Assembly (NCBI GenBank): GCA_951406725.2
Contig: OX597821.1
Span: 59,520,001-59,584,000 of the forward strand
Direction of reading: 5' to 3'
DNA length: 64,000 bases
Origin: Octopus vulgaris
Taxonomy: Eukaryota
Shown here: positions 26,031 to 38,812 of the stretch, piece after piece
How positions within the stretch are numbered: the stretch's first letter is position 1
Layout of the letters: every line of letters begins with the position of its first letter
The notes under the pieces: generated by a model
What the model was told of the DNA's origin: nothing
Database searches by the model: none
The model's input: only the letters and a program-made list of their open reading frames with translations
Translations under genes and position numbers: made by a program

Positions 26031-26322
26031 TCTCCAAATACAACCAACTCTCTTATACATGTCGACAAGTACCTTTAATTCTCAGCCACCTTTCCAACTT
26101 ACACAAGTTCTACTTTACTGTCATACTAGTTAATGCGCCTTCGGTATTTCCCATTTTACTCATAACTGTGCAGTGGTTCTTAGCTAGGGTCCACATGACC
26201 ATTGGGGGTCGTTATAAAATTTTGTCGGTGAAATTTATCTGCAATCAATTGATTATAATTCTACAATACACAAAATGTTTTAATTTTTCTATACAATTCC
26301 TAATAATATTTAATAATAATTA

Positions 26323-26478
26323 GGCACAGGAGTGGCTGTGTGGTAAGTAGCTTGCTTACCAACCGCATTTTTCCAGGTTCAGTCCCACTGCATGTCTTCT
26401 ACTATAGCCTCAGGCCGACCAAAGCCTTGTGGGAGGATCTGGTAGATGGAAACTGAAAGAAGCTTGTCGCATATATGC

Positions 26479-26510
<32 letters not shown>

Positions 26511-26703
26511 CTGTGTTTGTCTCCCCAACATCGCTTGACAACCGATGCTGGTGTGTTTACATCACCATAACTTACCAGTTCGGCAAAAGAGACTGATAGA
26601 ATAAGTATTAGGCTTACAAAGAATAAGTCCTGGGGTCAATTTGCTCGACTAAAGGCGGTGCTCCAGCATGGCCACAGTCAAATGACTGAAACAAGTAAAA
26701 GAG
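26323..26703 (+). mobile_element. SINE family A copy (young)
   Basis: ggcacaggagtggctgtgtggtaagtagc...ggttcagtcccact (A and B boxes), (TA)(TG) spacer, and tail aatgactgaaacaagtaaaagag. Confidence 0.88.
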
Positions 26704-26926
26704 TAACCCTTTTGTTACTGTATTTATTTTGAGATGCTCTGTGTTTCTTTCAATTACTTTAAATATAACAAAGAATTTAGTAAAATAACTTATCATTTAG
26801 CTAGTGTTAGGAATATAAATTGTGGCTTAGGTTTGGTGGAAGATTTTAATTCAAAACTTATAAAAACAAGACATTTGTACTGAGAGCCAGAGCTGGTTTC
26901 AGCCGGGTTGGTAACGAAAGGGTTAA
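26703..26926 (+). mobile_element. TTAA-type MITE family 2
   Basis: TIRs taacccttttgttac and gtaacgaaagggttaa. Related remnants lie at 20770-20940 and 21250-21995. Confidence 0.75.
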
Positions 26927-27884
26927 TAATAATATGAAGTTCTACAGCATATTTCAAACCGTCTTTGAAATCCTCACCACATATATATGTGAGGGAGAGA
27001 GAATGTGTGTGTGTGTGTGCGTGTGCGCTTGCCTATTTATATGTTTTGTATGACAATTGTTGTGAATTAGGAAATAAGCACTTGAAAAATTATTCCCAAC
27101 CCAATTTTAAATTCCTTTATTTCTATTAATGTGTTTCAGGATATGTATGGTGAATGTTGTAGCCACATCACCATTGCAGCCACAACAATTGTACATTGAA
27201 TATCTATTGCGCATTTATATTTTTATATTTCATCAAATATTGAAAAAAAGTAAAGTCAGAGAAGTAAGTTTTAAATAAATGTGATGGCAAAAAATAAGAC
27301 TTTAGAAGATTAATAAATCAAAATAAACCAAGAAATCAACTATATATATATAAATGTGTACTTTATTTGTGCTTAACCAATGGTTTCAGGTGAACAGGAA
27401 TCTTCATTATCAAGTCTGCACATGGGAACATTGGTACTTGTTTCCACTTTTGACGAAAACTGTTAAGAAATCCCTCTTTACATGAAACCATTGGTAGACT
27501 TGCTTGATCCACAAATAAAGTTTATCCACCAATGCAATGTTGAGCACTCATTCTCACTGTTTGATATTAGCATGCTTGCATGTGTGTGTGTGTGTCTATA
27601 CATGCATATACTTTTGTACTTTTTAAAATTTATTTGTATTTAAATTTTAACTTCAAACTATGATACAAATAAATTAACTTTACATCCCCAACTCTCCATT
27701 TTCTTATCTTATTAAGAATACTTGTTATAATAATCCCAAACATATTGATATTTTCTTCTAATATGATGGAGATTAAATCAGTGAAATTTTGGATTTATTA
27801 AGATTTATTAATCCTTAAAGAGGACATTACATCCATGAAATGACTGGCCAGTGTCAGTCACATGACTGGCCTGTTTAAAAGTAT

Positions 27885-28186
27885 CCTTCAATCGTCAGGC
27901 AATATGCTGTGCTTGAGAAGATCTGTTGATTCAAGTGATATCATAGTTGTGACTGATGCCAGTGCCGCCTGACTGGCACCTGTGCCGGTGGCATATAAAA
28001 AGCACCATTCAAATGTGGTCGATGCCAGTGCTGCCTGACTGGCTCCCATGCTGGTGTCACGTAAGAAGCACCCACTACACTCTCAGACTGGTTGACATTA
28101 GGAAGGGCATCCAGCTTGCCAGATCAGATTGAAGCCTGGTGCAGCCTCCTGGCTTGCCAGTCCTCAGTCAAACCGTCCAACCCACG
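27885..28186 (+). mobile_element. Family C copy with internal tandem repeat
   Basis: gatgccagtgc(c/t)gcctgactggc occurs twice, followed by aggaagggcatccagc and aaaccgtccaaccca. Confidence 0.7.
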
Positions 28187-31019
28187 CTTGCAGAAATTTA
28201 TGATAAACACAAGTTTATATCATTTGTTCCCTAGAAATCTTTCACCACTGTGGTTATTTGTACCCTCTGCATTCAATGTTGATGCTGAACTACAACAACA
28301 GATCAATGCTTTTGATCTGTGTAATAAAACACAAAGTGTTCTCCTGATGATTTCTTGCACCTCAGCATCCCACTGCACTTGGAACATTCAATACAGAGGT
28401 TGCAAATAAGTTTATATCAATTGACCCTTACATACATTTCACCATCGTGCTTGTGTTTATCGTAATTTCTCCTACATATGCTCAGCATATCATAACCTGT
28501 ACTACAATAAAGTATAGTCATAACCATAACACTTCACTGGAAGCTGACTGGACGATAATACTTTACATGGAACTCTAAACTCAGCAGCAGCTGTCATACA
28601 TCTAATTGTACGACCCAAGATTATATACAAACTTATTTCTGTACACACAATCTTAATGATTGTTGTGAGGAAAAACTAGTGAAAATATTTTGTCAGTTTT
28701 ACATCAATATATGTAATATAAATTGTTAGTAAGCCTGACATTTTCTTGACAACAGTGCTTTGATATTTAAATATCAATGAATATATTCAATTTAGCTAAA
28801 GATTCAAATTTTCCCAATGTATACTTAAATCTCTAATAACAGATGTTAAGATTAAATCTGCTTAGTTTTATCAATGACAAAGCTACAGAAGGTTATGTCC
28901 AGCAAAATAGTACTCTAATTAAACATTAGATATATCTATTAGCGACAGTGGCACTTTTAATACGAAGAAGTAATATTTCTCCCCACTAAAATGTAGACAC
29001 TCTAATTGTTCTAGTTTTGTTCAAATAGACCATCTACGTTTTAAGTGGGGATAAATATTACCATTAGATATATTGATATCTAACATGGCCACACATTTTT
29101 AGGGATGGGTATGGCCAATTAAGTCAACCCCAGTAATTGACAGGTATTTATTTTATCAATGTCAAAAGGATGAAAGGCAAAGTTAATCTCAATGCAATTT
29201 GAGCTCAATGTGTGTGGGTGGGTGTTAATTCCCTCAACTCCTTGAAGAACAAAGAGCACCAACAAGAGATCTCCATCTGTCTCAAACTTTGGTAATGGAT
29301 TGTAGTAGTTGTTCCCAGGTGTAGCTGCCTGCCAATGCATCAGATTCTGTGGGCCTCGTGTGTTTTTCACCTACCACACCTGTCTTCCTTGGGGTATTCA
29401 TTGGATGGTTTGCTTTGTTATACTGGAAAGAGGCTTTGATAGGATGTGTCCCAGCCAACCATTGATCAACTCATAATGTAAAGAGATCGAGATAAATCTT
29501 GCAACATATTTTGATTGATACTCTTCCAGATCTTTTACTTCTTATCTAATACTGACTTCTAACATATGCACAAGACCTCAAATATGAGAGATGGGTACAC
29601 TTGAATATATACTTGGGTATACTGGGATACAGTCAATTGTATCACCCTTAGTACTTGTACTTTATTTTATGAATCATAGTAGAATAAAAGGCAAAGCTAC
29701 TATTGGTGGGATTTGAACCCAGAATGTAAAGGATCAAAACTAAGTACGAAGCATTTTGTTCAATGCTCTGATAATTTCGCTAATCTAGTGCACTCTATGG
29801 CTATGATCTTTACATGTGAACAGCAACTAGAGAGTTATGTTTAATACAAGAGAACATGAGTTGGTTAGGCTATAGAACTACAGAAGAAATCAACCATTGG
29901 AAATTCATGGTGAAAGAGATTATCTTAGAAGAAAATGACTATTTGCAAGACCTAACATTGAAACAAGCTTTTTAACCACAGAGCCATGTCTTCACTAATT
30001 GAATTTACACACACACACACCAATTATTTCAACCCTAACGTTGATTTCTCTTTCAAACTTTTCTTCTCAATGCATATCAGACAGAATTGTTCATAAATTC
30101 TGACACAGACTGATTCTGTGAGTGAGAAAGCAATGTTGCTTTACTTTATTGCCACTCTCTCTGAAGTAAACCAAAGAAAGGACAAGAAACGGGTTTACTG
30201 TTATTTTATAGATGCAGCTACCACTAAGCCGGTTATATATGGATAGCCATGGAAACAGCCTAACTGTTGTTTGACCAGTGTATGTGCAAATCAGATCACA
30301 AATGAAATCAATCAATATACCACCAAAACTTAAGTTAAAATTCTTATTGTTAAGAATGTGAATAGGATTTTATAACGGAACTGTAAACAATTCTGGGCTG
30401 AAATACTTAGTCTATATGTGTATATTCTCTAGAGTTATTTTACTCTATTGACATCTTGACTAAGTCAAGTATTCACAGAATTTGTTTTCAATTCTATTGT
30501 AAAACTCTATTCACATTATTATATGTCTTGGATAAAACCAACTCTTCCAAAGAAAGCAGCTGTCTTGTTTCGCAGACAGTTCTTCAGAGAATACAATTAA
30601 TCATACATAACTAGCAAAAAGAAAAACAATGAAAAAAAAAAGTAGTGGGGAAACACAATAACAAATACTTGTGACAAAATATTTTAATAGGAGGGAAAAT
30701 ACACAAAAATTAAGTATAGCTGTGCACATGAGTGAAGTGCTTAAGCTGCAATGATTATAATTACTTTATATAGTATGTTAAAAGAATTCAAATGCAATTA
30801 TTAGTTTGATGAATTAAATACAGACATTCTAATTATGAGAGTAAAAGGGAGTTTAACAAGAGTTTGATTATTATGGATTTAATATTTCTGGTTTATAAGT
30901 ATAGGATATTGAAAAAGAAATTTAGATTCGGAGAAGGCACAGGCATGGATGTGTGGTTAAGAAGTTTGCTTCCCAGCCATGTGGTCTTGGTTTCACTTCC
31001 CCTGCATGGTGGTACCTTC

Positions 31020-31162
31020 GGTACCTTGTTTTTTCTGTGTACCTTTCTGTAGAAGAGCGTAGGCTCGAAACATAAAAGACTTTTTCAACTCCTGAGTGTT
31101 ATACTAATACATCTGTTTGTTTTGTACACCACCTGTCTTCGTCATTTGTTTTTTCGTAAACT
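31020..31162 (+). mobile_element. Penelope-like pseudo-LTR fragment with hammerhead-like motif
   Basis: cttt-ctgtaga-agagcgtaggctc-gaaa-ca-ta-aaag, ending at a (TA)n run. Confidence 0.5.
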
Positions 31163-31178
31163 TATATATATATATATA

Positions 31179-31695
31179 TCTATATATATAAAACTGTAGT
31201 TGTGTGAGTGTCTGTCCCCTTCGATTTAGATTCCTAACTACTCCCACATTTTGCAGTGCAGTTTAACCAAATTCGGGTATCTTATAGTCGTGATTAATAT
31301 CGAGTCCGTCTGGCTATTAGCGCGCGTCTACGATGAGTCTACGATTTAAAAAATAATTTAACATCATTTTTTATTCCATTTTAATGCATAATTTTTCGTG
31401 TGTCGATGGCGGCGGAGTTGGCGTCCACGCTCAAACACCTGCACCTGTGTTTGCTTCTCCCCCTTCTTCCCTCCCTCGTGAAGCTGTGGGGAAGGGAGTT
31501 TAAGGAAATCAACGTCGTAATGCGTTGTCAAGGAGACCAGCGTTCTTTTAGAACAACGACTTCATGGCTTGAAGACACCAAAACAGAAATGGCTAAGAAA
31601 GCCCGAATTGGCATCTATAAGGGAAGTAACTCTCTAAAAATGCTTATATAGTTATTTCCCTTACAAACCCGAGCAACGCCGGGCGATACTGCTAG
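31179..31695 (+). mobile_element. Non-autonomous Helitron (517 bp)
   Basis: 5' A|TC start (tctatatatataaaac), 3' hairpin cccgagcaacgccggg at 31668-31683, then CTAG|T end. No TSD. Retains many CpGs. Confidence 0.85.
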
Positions 31696-31783
31696 TATAT
31701 ATATATATATAATAGAAATATTAAAATTACTAAGTCTCTATAAATATATCTATAAGAATGCCATATTAATATGGTGATAATTA

Positions 31784-31829
<46 letters not shown>

Positions 31830-31834
<5 letters not shown>

Positions 31835-32042
31835 GGTTAATCCAAACGGGAAAACAGAAAAAAACAACAGCACGTGGAACAATTACAGTATAATTATTAT
31901 TAGGCGCTCAGGAAAATGGAAGAAGGAGGGTATGACGTTTCGAGCGGAGCTCTTCGTCGGAAACATAGGAGAAAGAAAGATCCCGAGACGGGAGGACAGA
32001 GGAAAAAAAAAATTGCAGGTAGTCTTCACGAGGTCACATACT
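31830..32042 (-). mobile_element. Penelope-like pseudo-LTR fragment with hammerhead-like motif
   Basis: Minus strand reads gttt-ccgacga-agagctccgctc-gaaa-cg-tc-atac. Flanked by (TA)n on both sides. Confidence 0.5.
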
Positions 32043-32542
32043 AATATATATATATATATATATATATGGTCCTCACAAAGGCAATGAAAAAAGACTGAGA
32101 CCTTTGGCATTATGCCATGCTTGAGAAAAAGACCCATCAAGCCAATCTATATATAACAGGAGCCAGTAAACCAGCGCAATCTTCTACCTAGCCAGCTCCT
32201 ATCAAACAGTCCAGCTCATGTCAGGATGGGAGGACATTAAATGATGATCATCATCATATATATTATATGCATATATGTATATATGAGTGATTGTCTTTGT
32301 GTGTAACCTTCTCTACACATCACATAATGGTTGTATATGTACATCATCATCATCATCATACAAATGAAATGGTTCTTTTCCAGTTATCTGTGCAAAATGT
32401 GTATGGCCATGGGGAAACATTACCTTGGAAACAGGTTGGCCACAAGAGCATCTGGCCAAAAAAAAAAAAAAAAAAATACTGCCCCAACAAGTTCCATCTG
32501 ACCCATGCAAGCATGGGTATGCAGACATTAAATGATGGTGAT

Positions 32543-32872
32543 CAGTGGTCCTTAACCCCATTTTTTAAAATCTATGGACCCCACTTTGAGTACCATTTTA
32601 TTCTGGTGGACCCGCATAGCTAGCTGATGTTTAAAAACTAGTTTTATAGATACTTCTTCCACAATTCCAATTTTGTTTTTCACATTAACTTATATAGTTT
32701 GAACTTTGTAAAATGTTAGAGAAAGAAACTTCGCTGTTTCAGGGACCCATAAAATGCCACTGTAAATCTGGATCTCTGATTTACTATTTTGCATGTGTGG
32801 ACGAATACCCCTCACCCCTGAATTTCATCTGGATCCCCCAGAGGTCATATGGACTCTGGTCGAGAACCACTG
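32543..32872. mobile_element. hAT-like MITE inserted into the (ATG)n tail of a SINE
   Basis: TIRs cagtggtccttaacc and ggtcgagaaccactg. Imperfect 8-bp TSD atggtgat/atgatgag. Confidence 0.7.
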
Positions 32873-33204
32873 ATGATGAGGATAAAGAATAGAGATAATT
32901 TTCAGAGTAAACTTGATAAGATGTGGTGTTAGTATAAATCAAAATGAGATCAATAGTAAGAGCATGGAGTTAAATATTTTTTTGATGGATCATAGATGGA
33001 CTGCCTTGTTATACAATAGTTATAGATGATTAAATGAACTAAACAGAAGATTCACCTGAAGTTCAACTGAGATTAAGAATTAGGCTAAACATTGATTAGA
33101 AAATTAATGGTAAGAGTTGAATAAAGTAAAGGATAATAATAATAATAATAGCAATAATAATAACAATAATAAATAATAATAATAATAATGATGATAATAA
33201 TAAT

Positions 33205-33388
33205 CATTTCTACTATAGGCACAAAGCCTGGAATTTGGGGGAGGGAGTATGTTGATTACATCAACCCCAGTGCGTAACTGGTACTTATTTAATCAACTCC
33301 AAAAGCATGAAAGGCAAAGTAAAGAGAGACAAAATGCCGCTAAGCATTTTACCCAGTGTGCTAACGATTCTGCCAGATCACCGCCTTA
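33205..33388 (-). mobile_element. SINE family B copy
   Basis: tttctactataggcacaaagcctg...gaaaggcaaagt...ctgccagatcaccgcc within a (TAA)n tract. Confidence 0.75.
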
Positions 33389-33736
33389 ATAATGATAATT
33401 GATTATGTAATGTGGGTCAATCAGATGTAGCTTGATCTAATAGTAAAGCCAAGATGAAATGTATACACACCTCTTATATACACATATATAAGCAACTAAA
33501 TATGTACTTCATGTATGAATATTGTCACAAATATTTGAGAGGTTTTTGTTAGCTTTCTTTTTTTTCTTTGGTTATCTATAAATCTTATTTTTTCTTCTTA
33601 TCCGCTATCTGAAAAGCTATCTATGAAACAAGACAGCTGTTTAGTAAAAATCAATTCTATCTAACACACACACACTGCATCAAATCTCTGGAAGCAATTC
33701 TATAAATTAGGAATCATTAAAAGCATTTGCAAAATT

Positions 33737-34098
33737 AGGTGTAGGCATAGCTATATGGTTAACAAGCTTGCTTTGCAACCATGTGATTTTGGGTTCAGTC
33801 CCACTTCATAGTAACTTGGATAAGTGTTTTCTGTTATAGCTTTGGGCTGATTAATGTCTTGCAAGTAAATTTAGTAGATGGAAACTGTACAGAAGCCTGT
33901 CATGTGTGTGTGTGTCTTTATAGTTGTACCACTTGACAACCAGCATTGGTTTGTTAATGTCCTTGTAACTTAACAGTTCCGCAAGAAAAACCAACAGAAT
34001 AAGTACCAGGCATAAAATTGAGGTTGATTTGTTTGGGTAAAACCCTTCAAGGTGATGGCCCAGTTTGGTCACAGTCCAATGACTGGAACAAGTAAAAG
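33737..34098 (+). mobile_element. SINE family A copy
   Basis: Head gggttcagtcccact and tail aatgactggaacaagtaaaag. Confidence 0.75.
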
Positions 34099-34120
34099 GC
34101 AAACAAAAAAAAGTCTGAAA

Positions 34121-34465
34121 TACGAGCACTCAGAGATCACAAACCTCTGCCAAGGCACACCAACATCCTCTCAATGATTAGCCAGAGATGATTTTTAAAA
34201 TGAGAATTTCTGAAATAAAGTCGACTGCTCTCAACCACTCTCAAAAATTAAGTAAAAAAAAAAAAAAACCGGAAAAATAATGCAGAATCCTTGTCCAGTA
34301 CTGGATTGATCCCCAAATTTAACCAGTTCACGCCAGTCACAAGACCAAACATATCATAAAGTTTCATCCAAATCCATTCAGCGGTTCTTGAAATATCTTG
34401 ACCATGGACAAACAAACAAACACAACTGAAAACAATACCTCCGCTTTTGCTAAGGTGGAGGTAAT
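34121..34465 (-). mobile_element. DINE-1/Helentron-associated (HINE-like) non-autonomous element
   Basis: The minus strand starts attacctccaccttag...gcggaggta (hairpin), continues through a (GTTT)n tract and a tggatttggatgaaactt core, and ends with the subterminal inverted repeat cttggcagaggtt and ctctgagtgctc. Confidence 0.65.
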
Positions 34466-35786
34466 AATGAAGGAATTTCAAAGAACAGGGTGAAAATGAA
34501 TGAGAACAACAAAACTGAAGCCATGAATACAAAATTTGGTTCATTGTATACAAACAGAATATTCAACCCATTGATAAGCATACATACATAACACACGTAC
34601 ATAATATAGTATAAATGTATCATAAATAGAAACAAGTTTGTTTTAGAAAGCTGTTAGAATGCAAATGGCTCTATAAATATCAAAACAACAGTAACAAGAT
34701 CAGTATGTTACCTTGGAAATATTTATTAGTTCCTTATATTTCAGAAAATTCTATTATATGACACAGAATTCATTGAACAAAAATAGATATTGGATTTGCT
34801 AGACATTTTTTCACTGCTTTTACATACAGCAGGTGAGAAGCTTCTCTGTTGTTGCTTGACCTATTATAAATAACAAGCAAAGCTTCCTCATATCAAATGT
34901 GTTTCTAAAAATGAACACATCTGATATGCAATCCTTGATATATTATGCCAAAAAAAAAAGAAAAGAAAAAGAAAATGGTAACAAATACAACAAGGGAATC
35001 TCTATGAGGTTACTCAACTTGTTAAAAATAATGAAATTACCCTAAATCATATCTTGTCATCTTACAAATGTAAAGCTATACTGGATGAGGTCTGGACACA
35101 CCTGTCATTGCCATAGTTTTAATATCCACTTTTCTATACTTGCATGGCTCAAACAGAGCTTACTGAGGTAGATTTTCTACAGGTGGATGACCTTTCTGCT
35201 GCCAACCCTCACCTGTTTCTAAGATATGTTTTTGTAGAATATTGGAAATGAACAATACTGCTTGTATAACAGTAACACAAACATGCACATATACGTATAT
35301 GTGTATATTATATATACACACACATGATTGGCCTCTTTCAATTTTCATCTACCAAATCCACTCACAAGGCTTTGGTTTTCTTGGGGTTGTAGCACTTAAC
35401 CAAGGTGCCATGCAGCAGGACTGAACCTAAAACCATGTGGTTGGGAAGCAAACTTCTAAAGTACACAACCACGCCTGGACCTCATCATTAATTCAAAAGG
35501 GCTGGGGCAATTATAACAGCAATAGATGAGACAGAGAGAGGAAATCAACATCTGCAAGCTTGTAATCACATTATGTTAGTGAATGATTGCAAATTAGCCA
35601 AGAGACATTACATTCGGCTGCAGTCTAAGTTATCTGTGTGAGTGAATGTGTATGTGTAAAAGAAGAGACTGATACATGTGAGTAGTACTCAAATAGGAGT
35701 CTTCTTTGACCCAGTCATATTCTATTACTAGAATAGTAAACAAATGGAAGGTTCAATCACATTAATCAGGTTATGTATTGTTAGTG

Positions 35787-35819
<33 letters not shown>

Positions 35820-37669
35820 ATAAATCAATAATTCAAAATATAAATAGAACTTTGTTTTGTCCCTTTAATCAGCTAAATGGAATCATGTTGAATTAATAGA
35901 GTTTTTAAAATAGTGAAAATATCCAATGAAAATAGAAATTCTGAGAACAAACCCCCAATAGCTATTTCATATAAAATGTTTTATTTAAATACTCAGGTTG
36001 ATGAATATCTTGCCAATAATATTTGATAGATAAAAACTGTACAGAAGACCCTTAGTGTGCGTGTGTGTGAACGTGGTTGTTCAACCTGCTGGAAATAGCA
36101 GTAGTCAAATCTTCTCTAAACTTTAATCCATTTATCTTGAAAAGGAAAAGAAGAGCACACTAATTAATTTCCTTCTGAATACACAATGTCTGTGAGGAAA
36201 AGCTGACCATGGTTGGAATGCCTTGGAATATGGACCTAACTCATATTCAGGGCTGACATGAGTTTATCGAAAAAAAAAAAAAAATTCCAGTTGTGGTAGC
36301 ATATCTATAAACAACTAAAGATTGGAGTCTTTACCAAGCAGCCACATGAAATTCTTTTGTATAATGTGTGTGTGTGCATGCACGCCCTTGCCAATGCATC
36401 ACGTGCTGGTTGTAAGTGAACATTGCCATCATACAAGCAATGTTGTTTATTTCAGGCTTCCATGTAAAACATGCCTGGCCATGGGAAATATCTTGTCTGG
36501 ACACAGGTGAAGGTTGGCAACAAGAAGAGCATCCAGTCACTGAAAAATCTGACCCACGCAAACATGGAAAAGAGGGCATTAAATGAAGATGGTGATGATC
36601 ATGTTCATTAAACTGCTCAGTGGACAACCCATCATGTTTGATGGCACAAATGTCAATGAGCTTAACAAACAGAATACACTATTTATGGAAAAGATCAAAT
36701 TGTAATATTTTACTCTTAAGAAGCACAAAATGTGAAATCTTTAAGCAAAGAAATTTATCAATGGTTTTTAAATGATTTGATATTCTCTATAATATTCATC
36801 ATTTTCCACAACATCAGTTCATTATTTCTAAATAGTACCCAAGCTGATAGCATTTTACCATCCCACTAGTAACTTAACAATTGAGTTAGTAATTATCATA
36901 TAATTACTTTCATTAATGTTCAAATAATCATTTAAAATTATAATCACAAACATATTCAGCATTAATATAAACAACAATTGTCTATTAGACATACAATTAT
37001 TTTGGTTAAAAATTGCTACACCCAAGTCATCAGCTAGTATCATTAGTTAACCGAATTTCTCTTTTTTTTTTTACGTAAATTAGTAATTGGTAAATTATTC
37101 ATCAAAGCACAATGATAACTAAGGATTATGGGATTTAGTCACATTTTTGTATACATGTTAGTTTTCAGTGTTATCTATTGTCATAATTGGAGCATGTGGC
37201 TCAAGAGACATCCCAAGTATCAATGCACGAGAGATATTCAGTAGCTTACCATGGGTAGGATGTTAAAGATAGTTTTTAACCCACCATCATAAGCAATATG
37301 TATATAAACACATAAAAAGATTCATTAAATTACAGAGTACTTCTCCAGCCAACAACAGTGAACTATATTCTTCCATGGTACCTATTTACGGTGAAGCAGA
37401 CTTGATCTTTGGAGAGATAAGGGTATTTGTCAGAAGACACAACACAGTTATGATAACAGATACAAACTATCAGCTCATCAGCTGACACCCTACTACCCAC
37501 CCCATCCAGCAGCAAAGCTTGTTTTTGCACAGTTACTAAAATACCAGTAAAAAGTAAAATATTTAGTAAACAAATTGTTTAGATTTATCATAGCTTTCTT
37601 AATTCTAAAATAAGAAAAACAAAATGCATGAAGGTCAACCCTTTCATTTGTTTCTAGTTCGAGTTGGTT

Positions 37670-37715
<46 letters not shown>

Positions 37716-37718
37716 AAA

Positions 37719-38006
37719 TCATCATCATCATCATCGTTTAACGTCTGCTTTCCATGCTAGCATGGGTTGGACGATTTGACTGAGGACTGGTGAACCAGAT
37801 GGCTGCACCAGGCTCCAATCTGATCTGGCAGAGTTTCTACAGCTGGATGCCCTTCCTAACGCCACTGGCACGAGGGCCAGCCAGGCGGTACTGGCAACGG
37901 CCATGCTCAAATGGTGTTTTTTACGTGCCACCTGCACAGGAGCCAGTCCAGCGAAGGCTGACAACGACCTCACTCACACTCGGATGGTGCTCTTAGCGCT
38001 CCACTA

Positions 38007-38008
<2 letters not shown>
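37719..38008 (-). mobile_element. Family C copy (young) between two (TA)n tracts
   Basis: catcatcatcgtttaacgtc...gctggatgcccttcctaacgcca...ttttacgtgccacc. Confidence 0.8.
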
Positions 38009-38082
<74 letters not shown>

Positions 38083-38439
38083 GTATATGGTATGGCATAC
38101 TGAGGTTCTTAGTCCTGACGATCTTGAACTAAGTACTTGTTACTCTTAAAAACAATTTTTTTTTTTAAATGCTGTACAGCTGTACACATTTAAAAAAAAA
38201 ATTTTATAGTTAGAAAGGATGTTGATAAACATCCTGGAACAGAAATAAATGACTCATTATAAATATTTTAGTTAGGCTACAACTACACTATATTATTGTT
38301 GTTGTTTACACTGGCATGTTTCTGAAGACAGGCTTTCGAGTTCATTTGTGCTACATTTCTGGGGAAAATATCCACTAATAATAATCAAGACCACACAAAG
38401 CAAAACATTACAAAATCCAGTTCTTGGTGTGGGGTAGGT

Positions 38440-38812
38440 TCATGTGCTTCTAACACTGAAAGCTATGCCAGTGGAGTGCAACTCCCTCCTATGCTGACCA
38501 GGTCAAAGGATAGAGGCCAGACTAAATTGAATCACCCTTTCTCAAAAGTGAAAATAGGTTTACATAGGACCAACTACTCTACCTAGAAAAAAAAAATAAT
38601 TACAGAAGCATTGTTGACAATTCAGAACCAACAAGACCTAAGAGAGGAAAGTTTTCCCTTAAGGATGAAATGGGAAGGACAATACAAGTAGTAGAGCTGA
38701 AAAAGCAAGGATCCAACTGGAGAAATGCAAAAACATAGCCCAGAGCTGAGAACAGTGGAGAAAAGCTGATGACAGCCTATGCTCCATTGTTAGTGAAGGG
38801 CTTAAATAAGTA
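38440..38812 (+). mobile_element. Short non-autonomous RTE-like element, second copy
   Basis: Collinear with 23440-23822. Ends cctatgctccatt...taaataagtag. Confidence 0.65.

Noticed and set aside
25636-26133. 165-aa ORF and similar ORFs (54594, 56495, 11928, 37731)
   Set aside because: They lie within SINE copies. The recurring peptides reflect repeat homology, not genes.
30241-30256. RFX X-box-like gatagccatggaaac
   Set aside because: Only one good half-site; too weak without conservation data.
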